Assembly: GCA_951406725.2 (NCBI GenBank)
Contig: OX597824.1
Coordinates: 64,728,001 to 64,792,000, forward strand
Direction of reading: 5' to 3'
DNA from: Octopus vulgaris
Lineage: Eukaryota
Length of the DNA stretch: 64,000 nt
Translations under genes and position numbers: made by a program
In this document: one piece after another, positions 13,428 to 25,325 of the stretch
How the letters are laid out: each line of letters begins with the position of its first letter
Position numbering within the stretch: the stretch's first letter is position 1
The notes under the pieces: generated by a model
Told to the model about the DNA's origin: nothing
Seen by the model: only the letters and a program-made list of their open reading frames with translations
Database searches by the model: none

Positions 13428-14092
13428 CAGTGGTTCTCTGCCAGGGTCTATAGGATCTTTGGGGGGTCCATAGAAAATTTTGTTAAAATTTATCTGCAAT
13501 AAACTGGTTATAATTCTACAATACACAAAATAGTTTAATTTTTATACAATTCTTAATATAGGCATAGGCGTGGCTCTGTTGTAAAAAGGTTGCTTTCCAA
13601 CCACATGGCTGCGGGTTCAGTCCCACTGCGTGGCACCTTGTGCAAGTGTCGTCTACTATAGCCTCAGGCCGACCAAAGCTTTGTGAGTGGATTTGGTAGT
13701 CGGAAACTGAGAGAAGCCCGTTGTATACGTATATATATATATATTCATATGTGTCTTTGTGTCTGTATTAGTCCCCTCATCACCGCTTGAAAACCGGTGT
13801 TGGAGTGCTTACGTCCCCCGTAACTTAGCAGTTTGGCAAAAGAGGCTGATAAAATAAGTACTAGGCTTACAAAAAATAAGTCCTGAGGTCGAGTTATTCG
13901 ACTAAAAAAAACCTTTTAAGACGGTCCTCCAGCATGACCGCAGTCAAATGACTGAAACAAGTAAAAGAATAAAAGAATATTTAATTGTGAAAATATAATA
14001 TGATTTTTCAAACATCGAATGGCTAGGAAGGCCCTTCAGAATATAATAGGAATCAAAGGGGTCCATAAACAAAAAATAGTTGAAAAACACTG
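13428..14092. mobile_element. hAT-like MITE carrying a nested SINE
   Basis: Termini CAGTGGTTCTC and GAAAAACACTG. Imperfect 8-bp flanks GTTTAAAC / ATTTAAAA. Confidence 0.6.
13561..13978 (+). mobile_element. Full-length family A SINE nested in the hAT-like MITE
   Basis: GGCATAGGCGTGGCT...GGGTTCAGTCCCACTGCGTGGCACCTTG...GACTGAAACAAGTAAAAGAATAAAAGAA tail. Confidence 0.88.
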
Positions 14093-14129
14093 ATTTAAAA
14101 AATTCTCTCAGCCTCCATCAAAGGTTCCC

Positions 14130-14995
14130 GTCCACCGGGTAGCTAGAAAGAATGTGGAATCTTTCAGCTACGCTTAAGTTACATTTCTTAGATCTATTTA
14201 CATATGGCATGAGTTTCTTCAAGATTCTACACTTGATTGTATGTGGCCAGCAGTTGGCCTTCAAACCCCGTACACGGCTAGCCAACTTAGTGGCCTTACT
14301 TTTGTCGATGCGCTGGAAAGAAGATCAGTGGTTTGCATAACGTCTTTTAAAATTACCTTCGCATAAATTTATGCAACTTTTCTTTTCAGTTATGTTATTT
14401 TGAAGCCTTGCTGTGGCTTTTACCTCATAGACGACGAAATATATCACACATGCCTGGTGAAGTGGGCAAGCTTTAGGGTCTTTAAATTGGGGCAGAAGCT
14501 ATATGATGTTTTTATCAAGTGTCTATTAAAAGTCTTCTTGTATTTATGGTTTAATGGGAAATGCTTCTCTAAAAGAGCCAAAAACTTCGTGCTTACGTAA
14601 TTTTTACCATTTAGGAAGAACCATATTATTTTCCAAGGTCTATTTTTAGGTTTCATATTTATGTATACACGATGTATAGCATAGCAGGAGAAATCAGCCA
14701 ATCAATCGGAGTCCACTTCAAATATCTTCTTTTTCGTGTTTTGATAGGACGAGTATTCCTACTCTTTAAGGTTTCACCTCGAATTATTTACTCTCAGAGT
14801 AAGCAATATAAATGACATAGAAGCTTTTATAACATTTTCTTTCTCCGCTCTTTGAAAATACCCTTCTAGTGAAGCATGTTGTGCTTTTTTTTCTTTCTGG
14901 TAACAAACCTGCAAGACAAATGCTCAATGTTGGCATTTTCTCAAATTGCTCTCGTCTTTTCTCTCCCCATCGCCTTATTTTTTGTTTACCATTAA
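14130..14995 (-). mobile_element. Penelope-like element C-terminal fragment (RT end plus GIY-YIG-type endonuclease end)
   Basis: ORF 14444-14701 reads IIWF...KFLALLEKHFPLNHKYKKTFNRHLIKTSYSFCPNLK. Further downstream on the minus strand are KATKLASRVRGLK and YVNRSKKCNLSVAERFHIL (cf. CxLCxxEK of PLE endonucleases). Confidence 0.75.
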
Positions 14996-15119
14996 GCATG
15001 ATAAAATAAATATTCGGTCATCTTGGCAAGAGGAAGCAGACAGAAAATAAAGGAGCAGCTAATGATATTCCCCAAATGTTCGGATATTTCACATGTAAAA
15101 GTTTTTTTAACAGATGAGC

Positions 15120-15182
15120 AAACGCACACACATGCAGACGAACACACACACACACACATATGGATTTAAATATCTATATCCG

Positions 15183-15237
<55 letters not shown>

Positions 15238-15247
15238 ATTTCTCCCC

Positions 15248-15343
<96 letters not shown>

Positions 15344-15409
15344 TACACACACATATATATATATACATATATATATACATATATATATATATACATACAT
15401 ACATATATA

Positions 15410-15440
<31 letters not shown>

Positions 15441-15480
15441 CCGTTTACATATATACACCTATTCATCACAACGCACACAT
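15120..15480. repeat. Compound microsatellite (CA)n-(TATC)n-(CT)n-(TA)n-(TG)n
   Basis: Seen directly. Confidence 0.97.
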
Positions 15481-15750
15481 ATCTGAGCACCATCTCATCT
15501 ATGAATATATGTTGTCAACAAAATAATGAATATATCAAATAAATTGTTTTGGTATGAAACGAGATAATAAATTGCATCGAAATAACCAATGATATTTTTC
15601 CCAATCATTCAAAAGAAAACTCTATTTTTATGTTATTCTTACAATGCTTAATCTAAATTAAAAAAAATATAAATTTCAACAGAGGACACAGAAGTTATTC
15701 ACGATGTTTCACAGGCTTTTTTCTCTTGCCTTCTCTTACACACACACACA

Positions 15751-15807
<57 letters not shown>

Positions 15808-15954
15808 TTTTCGTATTACAAACTCGATTGTACGAGATAATGTTATTCTTCTAAATATCATAATGCTATTCCTTTATTCTTTTGGTATTCTTAAAAATAT
15901 AACTATATCTGCATCCTTGTCTCACACTGTCTTACTCTCTTTCTTTCTCTTTCT

Positions 15955-16093
15955 CTGAATATATATACATATATGTATGTGTGTGCGTTTGTGTATACAG
16001 ACACACAAACACACACACTCACACACTCACACACTCACACACACACACACACAGACTCACACACACGCAAACACACACACACAGACACACACA

Positions 16094-16157
<64 letters not shown>
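15955..16157. repeat. (CA)n/(TA)n microsatellite
   Basis: Seen directly. Confidence 0.95.
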
Positions 16158-16824
16158 AACAATAAATGAGAGAGATTCAATTGACAAACTAATAATTTAT
16201 TTATATAACATAATATACTATGACGATAATATAATATAATATTAAAAAATTATTAAAAAACCAAAAGAGCCAACAATTTGTTTCGGCTTGTATACATTAT
16301 TTGATTTATAAACAATTCATACACATATATATAAGTCTCTTCAGAACTTTGCTCTAAAAGACACGAAATTCCGTCTGAAAGGACGGCTTGATTGTAAAAA
16401 AATAATTCAAATGCCTATGTTTAGGAGCGTGAGCGTTAACTTTTCAACTACATAAGAATTACAATAAAAACAACAACAAAATTATAACGGACAAAATAAA
16501 TAAGTCAATAGAATCTACAACTATCGAAATATATTTCTATATATCTCAAATAATATTAATCGAAACTAGTTTAGGTCGAAGACGATCCTTGGCTATTATA
16601 ATAATATACAACAATATATAAGTATATAAGTATCGGGGTCTTAATCCAGAGACGGTAATAAACCGTGTAAATAAATATAAATGATAATATAGTATTGTAC
16701 TGGTAATATATAACAACTTTTCTCTTTCATTTAAAGTTATTGATATAAAAAAATTATTGAAAGTAACTAACAAAAGAATCTTTATTTACTTAGTTTCTCG
16801 GAGGGAGCATTCGGTAATAGTTTG

Positions 16825-16826
<2 letters not shown>

Positions 16827-16911
<85 letters not shown>

Positions 16912-16970
16912 CACACATATATACATATGTGTGTGTACATACATACATGCATACAAACATACACATACAT
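16827..16970. repeat. (CA)n(TA)n microsatellite
   Basis: Seen directly. Confidence 0.95.
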
Positions 16971-17840
16971 AATTATTCAACGATATTTTCTTAACATCAA
17001 TCAAGGCTTCACTTCAATATATTTACAAGAATGCTTGGTATTGTTAATAACCGGATCGTGGCGAGCGGCAAAAGAAAAGGTTTCGGTTATTTAATTCTAA
17101 TCCAAAGCAATCATATGCAGGCGCAGATTTATCTATCATAAAATACGAGTAATTACATACATAATTTTTGACAACAAAGAATTACTGTTATACAGTATTT
17201 GTCATTAGGTTTTCTCTAAACTGTCTAGATAGGGAAGAGGTAAATCCTTGACATTTAGATTTGTAATTAGAAAAGTCCTTTGTAATAGCTTTAGGATGAT
17301 GTCGGTAATTGTGCAACTGAAGAGGTTAACTTATTAACTAAAAGCACTGGAAGCTATTTATCTGCCATTGATCTGTCATTGGCAGCTGTGAATTGAAAAT
17401 GATCGTGTTAGGGCTTCTCTTTAGAATTCATTTCCAAAATTATATTGGTGACGATTCTGACATTGCAAATAACGGATGGTAATAATTCTGCGATAAGTCA
17501 CAGAATTATTAACGTTTCTTTTCTCTTTGACATCTTCATTGAATTCCTATTCCATTCTAACGTAGCAACTTCAATTGCTTGTTGAAGAAAAACAAACACG
17601 TATATGAGGTTTGTTTTCCAGAAAATACAAATAGCATTAATTCTGTACTGGTTAACCATATAGGCATGTGTGTTTTCGTACCCACCTACCCGAATTATCT
17701 AAATGAGTGAAGGAAATTATTCTGCTACTTATATTATCCCGTATCTCGTGTATTATCAATAAACTGGGATACGACAACGTGTGTCTCTGTGAAGTCAACG
17801 GATGCCAGCTCTCTCTTTTTTTAAATAATAACCGTGCACA

Positions 17841-17940
17841 AGCTGTGTGGTAAGAAGTTTTCTTCCCAGTCACAAGCTTCCGGGTTCAGTCTGCGTGGCG
17901 TCTTGAGCAAGTGTCTGCCACTATAGCTCTGAGCCGACCA
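17841..17940 (+). mobile_element. 5' fragment of a family A SINE
   Basis: GCTGTGTGGTAAGAAGTTTTCTTCCCAGTCAC...GAGCAAGTGTCTGCCACTATAGC. Confidence 0.75.
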
Positions 17941-18315
17941 AATAACTAAATAAATCTTAGACAAACAAACGATGAGACACATAAGTTAGTGGAAGCTGGA
18001 CAAACACTTTTCGTTATTTAGTTTCGTTACGTTCTTGAGATCAAATCCCGGCTGATGGTGACTCAACCTTGTTCCTGAGTTGATAAAATATTTGAATGTG
18101 GTGACCTTATATCAACCCAAAAACTTATTGCTTTTATTAAACTCCTGTTCAGCCCTAATCAAGTCCTATTGTTTTATTCTGCCTTTTGAATATCACTTTA
18201 AATTTTACTCCTATCAGTTATTTTGTTTTTAGTTGTTAGAACTTGATTTCAGAAAGATTTGGCTACTATTTCTGGAAGATGGAGTAATAATGTCAAGAAA
18301 CATCGCTGGCTTGTA

Positions 18316-18438
18316 CGAGAGGTGTATAAAAAGTTTTGCGCCTTCAAGGCCTTTGAGCCCTGAAGTCTTGTACCTTTATCAGGAATCTTGAACTATATAT
18401 TGTTTTTTTGAGGCTCAAGACTTTTCATACACTCCTCG
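18316..18438. mobile_element. Tiny mariner-type MITE (~123 bp)
   Basis: TA-CGAGAGGTGTATAAAAAGTTTTG ... CAAGACTTTTCATACACTCCTCG-TA. Confidence 0.75.
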
Positions 18439-18596
18439 TATACTGAACTGTAATATTTGTAAATTTGTAAGTTCGAATTCTGTCAGGTTCGGTCTTATGT
18501 TCATTCATCTGCGAGGAAGAGTCGAAAAAAATAACCAGAAATATATATATATCTAAATCATCTAGAATCTTCCTCTAAAACTTTGTGACATTGAGC

Positions 18597-18668
<72 letters not shown>

Positions 18669-18892
18669 CACTAAGGCGGTGAGATAGCAGAATTATTGGC
18701 ACGTTGGAGGAAAATGCTTTGCTGTATATCGCCCGACGCTACGTTCTGAGTGCAAATTCCGTCGAGGTCGATTTTGCTTTTCATCCTTCCGGGGTCGATG
18801 AAATAAGTACCAGATGAGCACTGGGGTCGATGTAATCGACTAGTCCCCCTTTCCCCAAAATTTCAGGCCTTGTGCCTTTAGTAGAAAGGATT
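18597..18892 (+). mobile_element. (ATT)n tract followed by a full family B SINE
   Basis: GGCGGTGAGATAGCAGAA...TTTCATCCTTCCGGGGTCGATGAAATAAGTACCAG. Confidence 0.85.
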
Positions 18893-19295
18893 ATTATTAT
18901 TATTACCATTGTCTCTGAAGACTGGGTATTTGGACTAGGCCGGGCCTCAATACCTTAAGCATAACTGCTACTAATTCTGCTTTGAATGTATGAGGACTTG
19001 ACACCAAATCCCGGTTGATGTTGACTTTACCTTGTTCCTGAGTTTATAAAAGATATTTGAGTGTGGTGATCTTGTATCAATCCCAAAACTCAATTGCTGC
19101 CGTTGTTAAATCTCTGTTCAGCCCTAATCAAGTCCCATTGTTTTATTCTGCCTTTTGAATATCACTCTAAATTTTACTCCTATCAGTTATTTTGCTTTTA
19201 GTATGAGTTCAGTTGCATTTTATACTATTGTCTAACACTAAGAAAAAAATAAGTTCGTATGTTTGATACCTCTGAGAAAATTATTTAATGTTGAG

Positions 19296-19309
19296 TAGAG
19301 AAAGAGAGG

Positions 19310-19381
<72 letters not shown>

Positions 19382-19460
19382 GAGAGAGAGAAAAGAGAGA
19401 GAAAGAGACAGTCAGACAGAAAGAGGGGGAGAGAGAGAGATAGAGACAGAGAGTGGGAGT
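19296..19460. repeat. (GA)n microsatellite
   Basis: Seen directly. Confidence 0.95.
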
Positions 19461-20554
19461 CAGAAAAGTACATAATTGCTAAAGAAAACCATAGAAGTTT
19501 GTTACAAAATAATGTTTACATACTCCGTCGAAATAGTGATATTTGAAGAGACGGGCGGAAGTTGCATCTACCGAACATTAACGAGACAGACTTAATGACG
19601 ACTGAAACTTTACAACGATCCAATACCAAAAGATTGGTTGCAAACTGATTCTGTAACATTATACAAAATATCAGTGGATCTATGCTTTTTTTTTATATAT
19701 ATATCATAATAGTCTCTTCTCAATAGGAAACACGTCATCGTGTTAGAGCTGGTTGGACAAAATTCTGAAACTTGCGTAGGAAGATTTTTATTTTCTTCAT
19801 AAAATCTTCTATTGCTTGATTTGGTTTTATTCTCGAAAATATTTCATACTCGACAGAATATAACATCATCCCTCAAGCGATACATATTTTTAGGCAGAAG
19901 TAATTCCTCTCGATTATCTCGGGTCAGTTGGTAAAAATTGATTTTATTTATCGATTTCTGGTGAAGGTCATTTGTGTTTAAAAAAAGACCACAGCAAAAG
20001 AGTATTTGCAAACGTTTATGTACTGATAAATTTTTGCTTTCCTCGAGGGAAAAATAGTTTCCGCTAGGTTATCTAAAAGGTTTTAAGCACAGATGTTCGA
20101 AAAGGCACGAAGAATTACGAATGTATGAGAAATTATAATTGATATAGGTAGACCATCGGATGGGGTTTCAGTGAAGTATTGTTATCTACGAGCATTCGTC
20201 GTTTGTAAAGTAGCTTATCTCAGTGGTTTTTCTTTCCTTTTCTTTTTATTTCATATAAATCCTGATAAATGTATTCTTTTAAAATAGAAGTAGGCAGCCT
20301 TATTTGAATACATGAATTGTAAATGCCTAACAATCTGAGGGAACTCTACTGTATCGAGAAAAATAAGGAATTTTTTTATTTAATTATTATATTTAATACT
20401 ATAGATTCATAAATATGCAGATTATATCAAATTGCTGTTTTGGTTTTAATGCTTAAATAGTTCATATCAGGTTTGAAAGATTTTATCAGCGGGCGGTTTG
20501 AATTTTCGATGCGAGCTTTGAATTGTGTCTTAGTATACAGTGATTTATTAGGAA

Positions 20555-21060
20555 GTCATGCAATGACATAGTCGTCATATTGTGTCATTCTATGACATAC
20601 TAGTCATATTATGACGCCATAGAATGATACTGTAGTTTAATTGTCATAATATGACCTATTATATCATAATACTATATCCAGTAACAATGTTGTTTCATAC
20701 TGCGAGACACTTATCATATTATGATGTCATAAAAAAGTGCAATATTTGTATTGTGTCATGTAATGATACACTAGTCATATTATGTCACGCTACGATATGC
20801 TAGTCATATTATGACGTTATGTTATATCATACTAAAGCACTATTATTGAATGTTATTGTTTAGTTGTAAAACTAACGTCATAATATGATAGGGTAGTCAT
20901 GTTGTCATACTACAACACTCGGTATAGTATGATACAGTATTATACTATGTTACATACTGTATCATAGTATGACACAATATGATACACTCGTGATAGTATT
21001 TATACACGTCATACAGTAATTATACTATACTAGAACACACGTCACTATATGACATCAAAA
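20555..21060. repeat. Degenerate short-period repeat built from GTCATATTATGAC-like palindromes
   Basis: Recurrent TAGTCATATTATGAC / GTCATAATATGAC / CATAGTATGAC motifs. Confidence 0.7.
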
Positions 21061-21798
21061 TACATGGTTTCTTTCAATAATTAACAATTTACATAAACTG
21101 TGTTGGATTAGAAAAAATGGATGCCGTCTTGGGCAAAATACTTTACTTCCTTTTACGTTTCAAGGGTTCGAATGCTACCGAACCCAGCTTCAACGCACAT
21201 CTTTCTGATTCATGCAATATTATCGCAAAAGATATGCTTGTGTAAAAAAAAAATGCCCGTGTGCAATCCCAACTCATGATAAGCGTCTCACAGTATGAAA
21301 CAACATTGTTACTGGATATAGTATTATGACATAATAGGTCATATTATGACAGTTAAACTGCAGTATCATTCTATGACGTCATAATATGACTAGTATCTCA
21401 CAGTATGAGAATATTACTGATGTATCATATATAGTTGTAGATTTAACACTAGTTTCTTTCGAATTAAAATCTGAACATGTGAGTGACAACTGATACAAAA
21501 CAGCAACATTGGTACTGAATGGTGAAAAGCTGACAGGAAACTATTGAAAACGCGTTTTATTGCATTTCTTCTTTTTCTAACGGTCCAAAAACATTTTTTT
21601 CCGATAACAAGAAGCTATGGTTGTTATTATTGTTTTCTTTTTCGATTTTTTTTTTATCTAACCACAGCTCCTCACTTGTCAAGCATTCATGAACGAGCGC
21701 TTTGTAATCGTGACCGTTCCGTATTATTACACATTAAGATGCATGGTAAAAGAATACTGTTCGATGTAACGTTCTTTATTTTTTTGTTGCTGTTCATT

Positions 21799-21821
21799 AT
21801 GATGATGACGATGATGATGAC

Positions 21822-21854
<33 letters not shown>

Positions 21855-22051
21855 AATGATGGTGGTGGTGGTGGTGGTGGTGGTGGTGGTGGTGGTGTTA
21901 GTGCTAGTGCTGGTGCTGGTGGTAGTAGTGATGGTTGTGGTTGTTGTTGTTGCGGTGGTAGTGGCGGTAGTGATGATGGTGGTTGGGGTAGTGGTAATAG
22001 TGATGGTAGTGGTTGGAGATAGTGGTGTTGGTGGCGGCGCCGGTGGTGGTG
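21799..22051. repeat. (GAT)n(GGT)n trinucleotide tract
   Basis: Seen directly; explains ORFs 21544-22056 and 21797-22078. Confidence 0.95.
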
Positions 22052-22239
22052 TATAACTCTCATGTCAGTCCTGACCAAATATATTTATTAATATGATTAA
22101 AGAAAATCCAGTCATGACCATCCTTTCTTTTTAAGAGGTGTATAAAACTACATCCTCCAATGTCTCCTTTAATTAAGGCAAGACAGCCGTATGTGATTTG
22201 TGAAAAACTTTGTTGTTGCGTCTCTGCGAAGACATATTG

Positions 22240-22460
22240 CCCAGTGGTTGGAGGAATCCACCGCACGATCATAAATTTATGGGTTTAATTCTTGGACTGG
22301 GCGGCGTGTCGCGTCCTTGAGTAAGTATTTCATTTTACATTTCATCAATCTACTCAACTGTAATGCAGACCATGCGATTGTTGAAGCAGCTCTATCTTCT
22401 TCCGGCTGTCACATCCTCGATATTCTGCAAGATCAAACATTAAGGGCGTCTATGTTTACT
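22240..22460 (+). mobile_element. Degenerate V-domain-type SINE (family C)
   Basis: GCCCAGTGGTT...GTCCTTGAGTAAG; similar to the copy at 42298. Confidence 0.6.
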
Positions 22461-22526
22461 CAAAACTACATAGGCTCCTAAATATATATTACTGTCTTTC
22501 TCAGACGCTCAGAAATAAACGATTGC

Positions 22527-22942
22527 AGGGAGCTGGCAGAAACGTTAGCACACCGGGCGAAATGCTTAGCGGTGTTTCGTCTTCCGCTACGTTCTGAGTT
22601 CAAATTCCGCCGAGGTCGACTTTGCCTTTCATCCTTTCGGAGTCGATTAAATAAGTACCAGTTACGCACTGGGGTCGATATAATCGACTTAAACAGTTTG
22701 TCTATCCTTGTTTGTCCTCTCTGTGTTTAGCCCCTTGTGGGTAGTAAAGAAATAGGTATTTCATCTGCCGCTACGTTCTGAGTTCAAATTCCGTCGAGGT
22801 CGACTTTGCCTTTCATCCTTTCGGGGTCGATTAAATAAGTACCAGTTACGCATTGGGGTTGATGTAATCGACTTAATCCGTTTGTCTGTCCTTGTTTGTC
22901 CCCTCTATGTTTATCCCCTTGTGGGCAATAAAGAAATAAGAA
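22527..22942 (+). mobile_element. Family B SINE with a tandem partial duplication
   Basis: The block GTATTTC..CTACGTTCTGAGTTCAAATTCCG...CCCCTTGTGGG..ARTAAAGAAATA occurs twice head-to-tail (about 22572-22755 and 22756-22940). Confidence 0.88.
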
Positions 22943-23728
22943 ATAAACGATTGACATATATTCGACGTCATGAAAAAAAAATGTTATTTTCATCTTTTAT
23001 GAACTCAAATGTTTGACCATATGATTTTATTAATTTCTTATGGCTTAGTTGTTATTGTTATTTAATCCCACTTTAGCATTGATCGAAAATACCTATAATC
23101 AAAAAAGTGTTCTACCTGTGGTCATGCTATCTTTTATAATTCAGACAATCCAAAACAACATTACCCAACGTCCTACAATTTCCTTTTTCTCTTTGGTTAG
23201 ACAGAGGGGTATGATTTCAGGGAGATTTGGTTGCTTTCGCTAGCTAGTTTAAAAACTGTTCTGGACACCGTACATTGAGTTGAAATTGACCGATGAATTA
23301 AGTCTAAAAGCTAGGTTAGATCCTCAGTTACTGACTATTCTTTCACTTATTCCCTAGTGGGTTGCGTCCAGTGGATTATGTCATGAGTTAAGGATTACAA
23401 TGCATAATCGATTCTGATGAGAATCGAAATAGCATTCCTGTAGTTACTGATCATGTTTTACTTAATTTAGGCCTCTAAACTCTTCATTGTAAATCTAAAC
23501 ATACTAAAATGTTGAGAAAAACATTTTAATAAAGAAGTCAAAAGTAAATGGTTGTTATATGTTAAAACAGAAAAAGAAACTTATTTTGCTAAATCTATCG
23601 GTAATTAATCATTAGTCAACACGGATGATATTTTCTGTATTTTTTATTTCATCGTAGAAATAGCAACTAATAATTAATGTAAGTGGATAGAATTAAAGAA
23701 CGATGACAGAGTCGACATAATAGTAAAG

Positions 23729-23795
<67 letters not shown>

Positions 23796-23798
<3 letters not shown>

Positions 23799-24020
23799 TA
23801 ATCCCTCATCATATCGCGTTTCACCTATCACGGTTTATTATTAAAATTTAAGCTTACGTCGATTCCTTTGCGTTGGTGTTTTGCATTTATGATACAATAA
23901 ATATATACAAATCGTAAAAAAAAAAAATAAATATACATATAGTACTGTTTCTCCTTCGCGGATTTTCATCTACTGCGGTTGGTTTTGGAACGTAACACGC
24001 GCGGTAGTCGAGGGTTACTG
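23796..24020. mobile_element. pogo/Tigger-like MITE
   Basis: Termini CAGTAATCCCTC and GAGGGTTACTG, preceded by (TA)n. Confidence 0.65.
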
Positions 24021-24068
24021 AGTATAAGTGCGCGTGTGTGTGTATGTATATATATATATATATATATA

Positions 24069-24461
24069 TACTATGAAGTATATTTGCCACCTAAATGTGG
24101 CTAACCTATATGGGACGATGCTACTGTATTTTATAACCCTAGGAAGATATTTCCTCCAGTTGGCTAATGACAAACCGTCTGTGACCGATCAGTATTTGCG
24201 AAGGGAAATAATCGTTTCCATCTCCAGACCCGGGTTTCTGAATAGTAACCTGTCATCAGCGTGTGACAATCACCGGCTAGGGTCCGTTTGTATCATGTCA
24301 GGCTAGTGATAGGAACGACGATTTCCTTTCGCAAATACTGATAGGGCACATACAGTGTGTCGTTGGCCAGCTGGAGGAGACGTCTTCCTGGCGCTATAAA
24401 CTACAGTAGCATCGTTCCATAGGGGTCAGCCCCATTTAGGTGGCAAATATACTTCACAATG
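24069..24461. mobile_element. Foldback-type MITE with ~160-bp inverted arms
   Basis: TGAAGTATATTTGCCACCTAAATGTGGCT... versus ...AGCCCCATTTAGGTGGCAAATATACTTCA; the arms stay complementary to about 24230/24300. Confidence 0.85.
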
Positions 24462-24504
24462 TCGTGCTGCTACTGTTTACATCTCGCTCAGAGATTTATT
24501 ATTG

Positions 24505-24559
<55 letters not shown>

Positions 24560-24560
<1 letters not shown>

Positions 24561-24674
24561 CACGTGATCACGTGACCGACCAGACCATCAGATGTTTTTA
24601 CACATCGTTGGTCACAATGCGTTCGCATTGTTTTAACCTTCGAATGACGCCACCCCGCTGGCTAAGCGAGCAGG

Positions 24675-24678
<4 letters not shown>
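24560..24678 (-). mobile_element. 3' fragment of a family D SINE
   Basis: Reverse complement of 57755-57868. Confidence 0.8.
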
Positions 24679-24721
<43 letters not shown>

Positions 24722-25325
24722 TATTCCTTTCTGTTGAAGAGCGCAGGCTCGAAACGTAAAAGACTTTTTCATTTTTCATTTTCCCGAGCGTCACATGCTT
24801 GGTGTTCATACACCTGTCTTCGTCTTTTGTTTTTCTAAAAATTTCATGTATATATATTTAATAAAATCTGTCAATAGTGATATGCCAAGCTGTGAAGAGC
24901 TGGCTTCCCCCCGGCTCTTCAAATGCGTCGATCAGAAAAAATTATTACAGAAGATAACTAACTTTGTCCAAAATTCTCCCAATAAGCGGATCAAGACATG
25001 GAGCATGGAATTAACTGATTTTTAAACATTGATATTTGGAACAGGTAAGCGTTATAAATATAAAACCAAACTATACATTTGTTAGTCCTGTTATTGTGAC
25101 TTCATATATTAGAAATTTGCTGACTTTAGACAGAATTTCGAAAATATAATTTTTTGATAAAAAACAAAAAAATGTTGCGAAAAATTCAAAAATATGTTGA
25201 AAGTTCTGTTATCTTTCAGGCATTAAAATTCATGGAATCGAAAAAATTTCCAGTCTTTTCATTAATGTAATATGGTTGCATAAACATGCTCGCACTAACA
25301 TCCAGTCAGCGTTGGAATACGTATA

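Noticed and set aside
19500-20250. Unique region after (GA)n containing GGGCGGAAGT, as a possible promoter or first exon
   Set aside because: A single short motif with no supporting donor or ORF.
21544-22078. Poly-M/V and poly-P/S ORFs (similar cases at 37.4, 40.4, 44.3, 45.3 and 51.1 kb)
   Set aside because: Trinucleotide-repeat artefacts.
23408-23440. CTGATGAGAATCGAAA, a perfect-looking hammerhead core
   Set aside because: Stem II is only 1 bp and there is no stem I pairing; likely chance.
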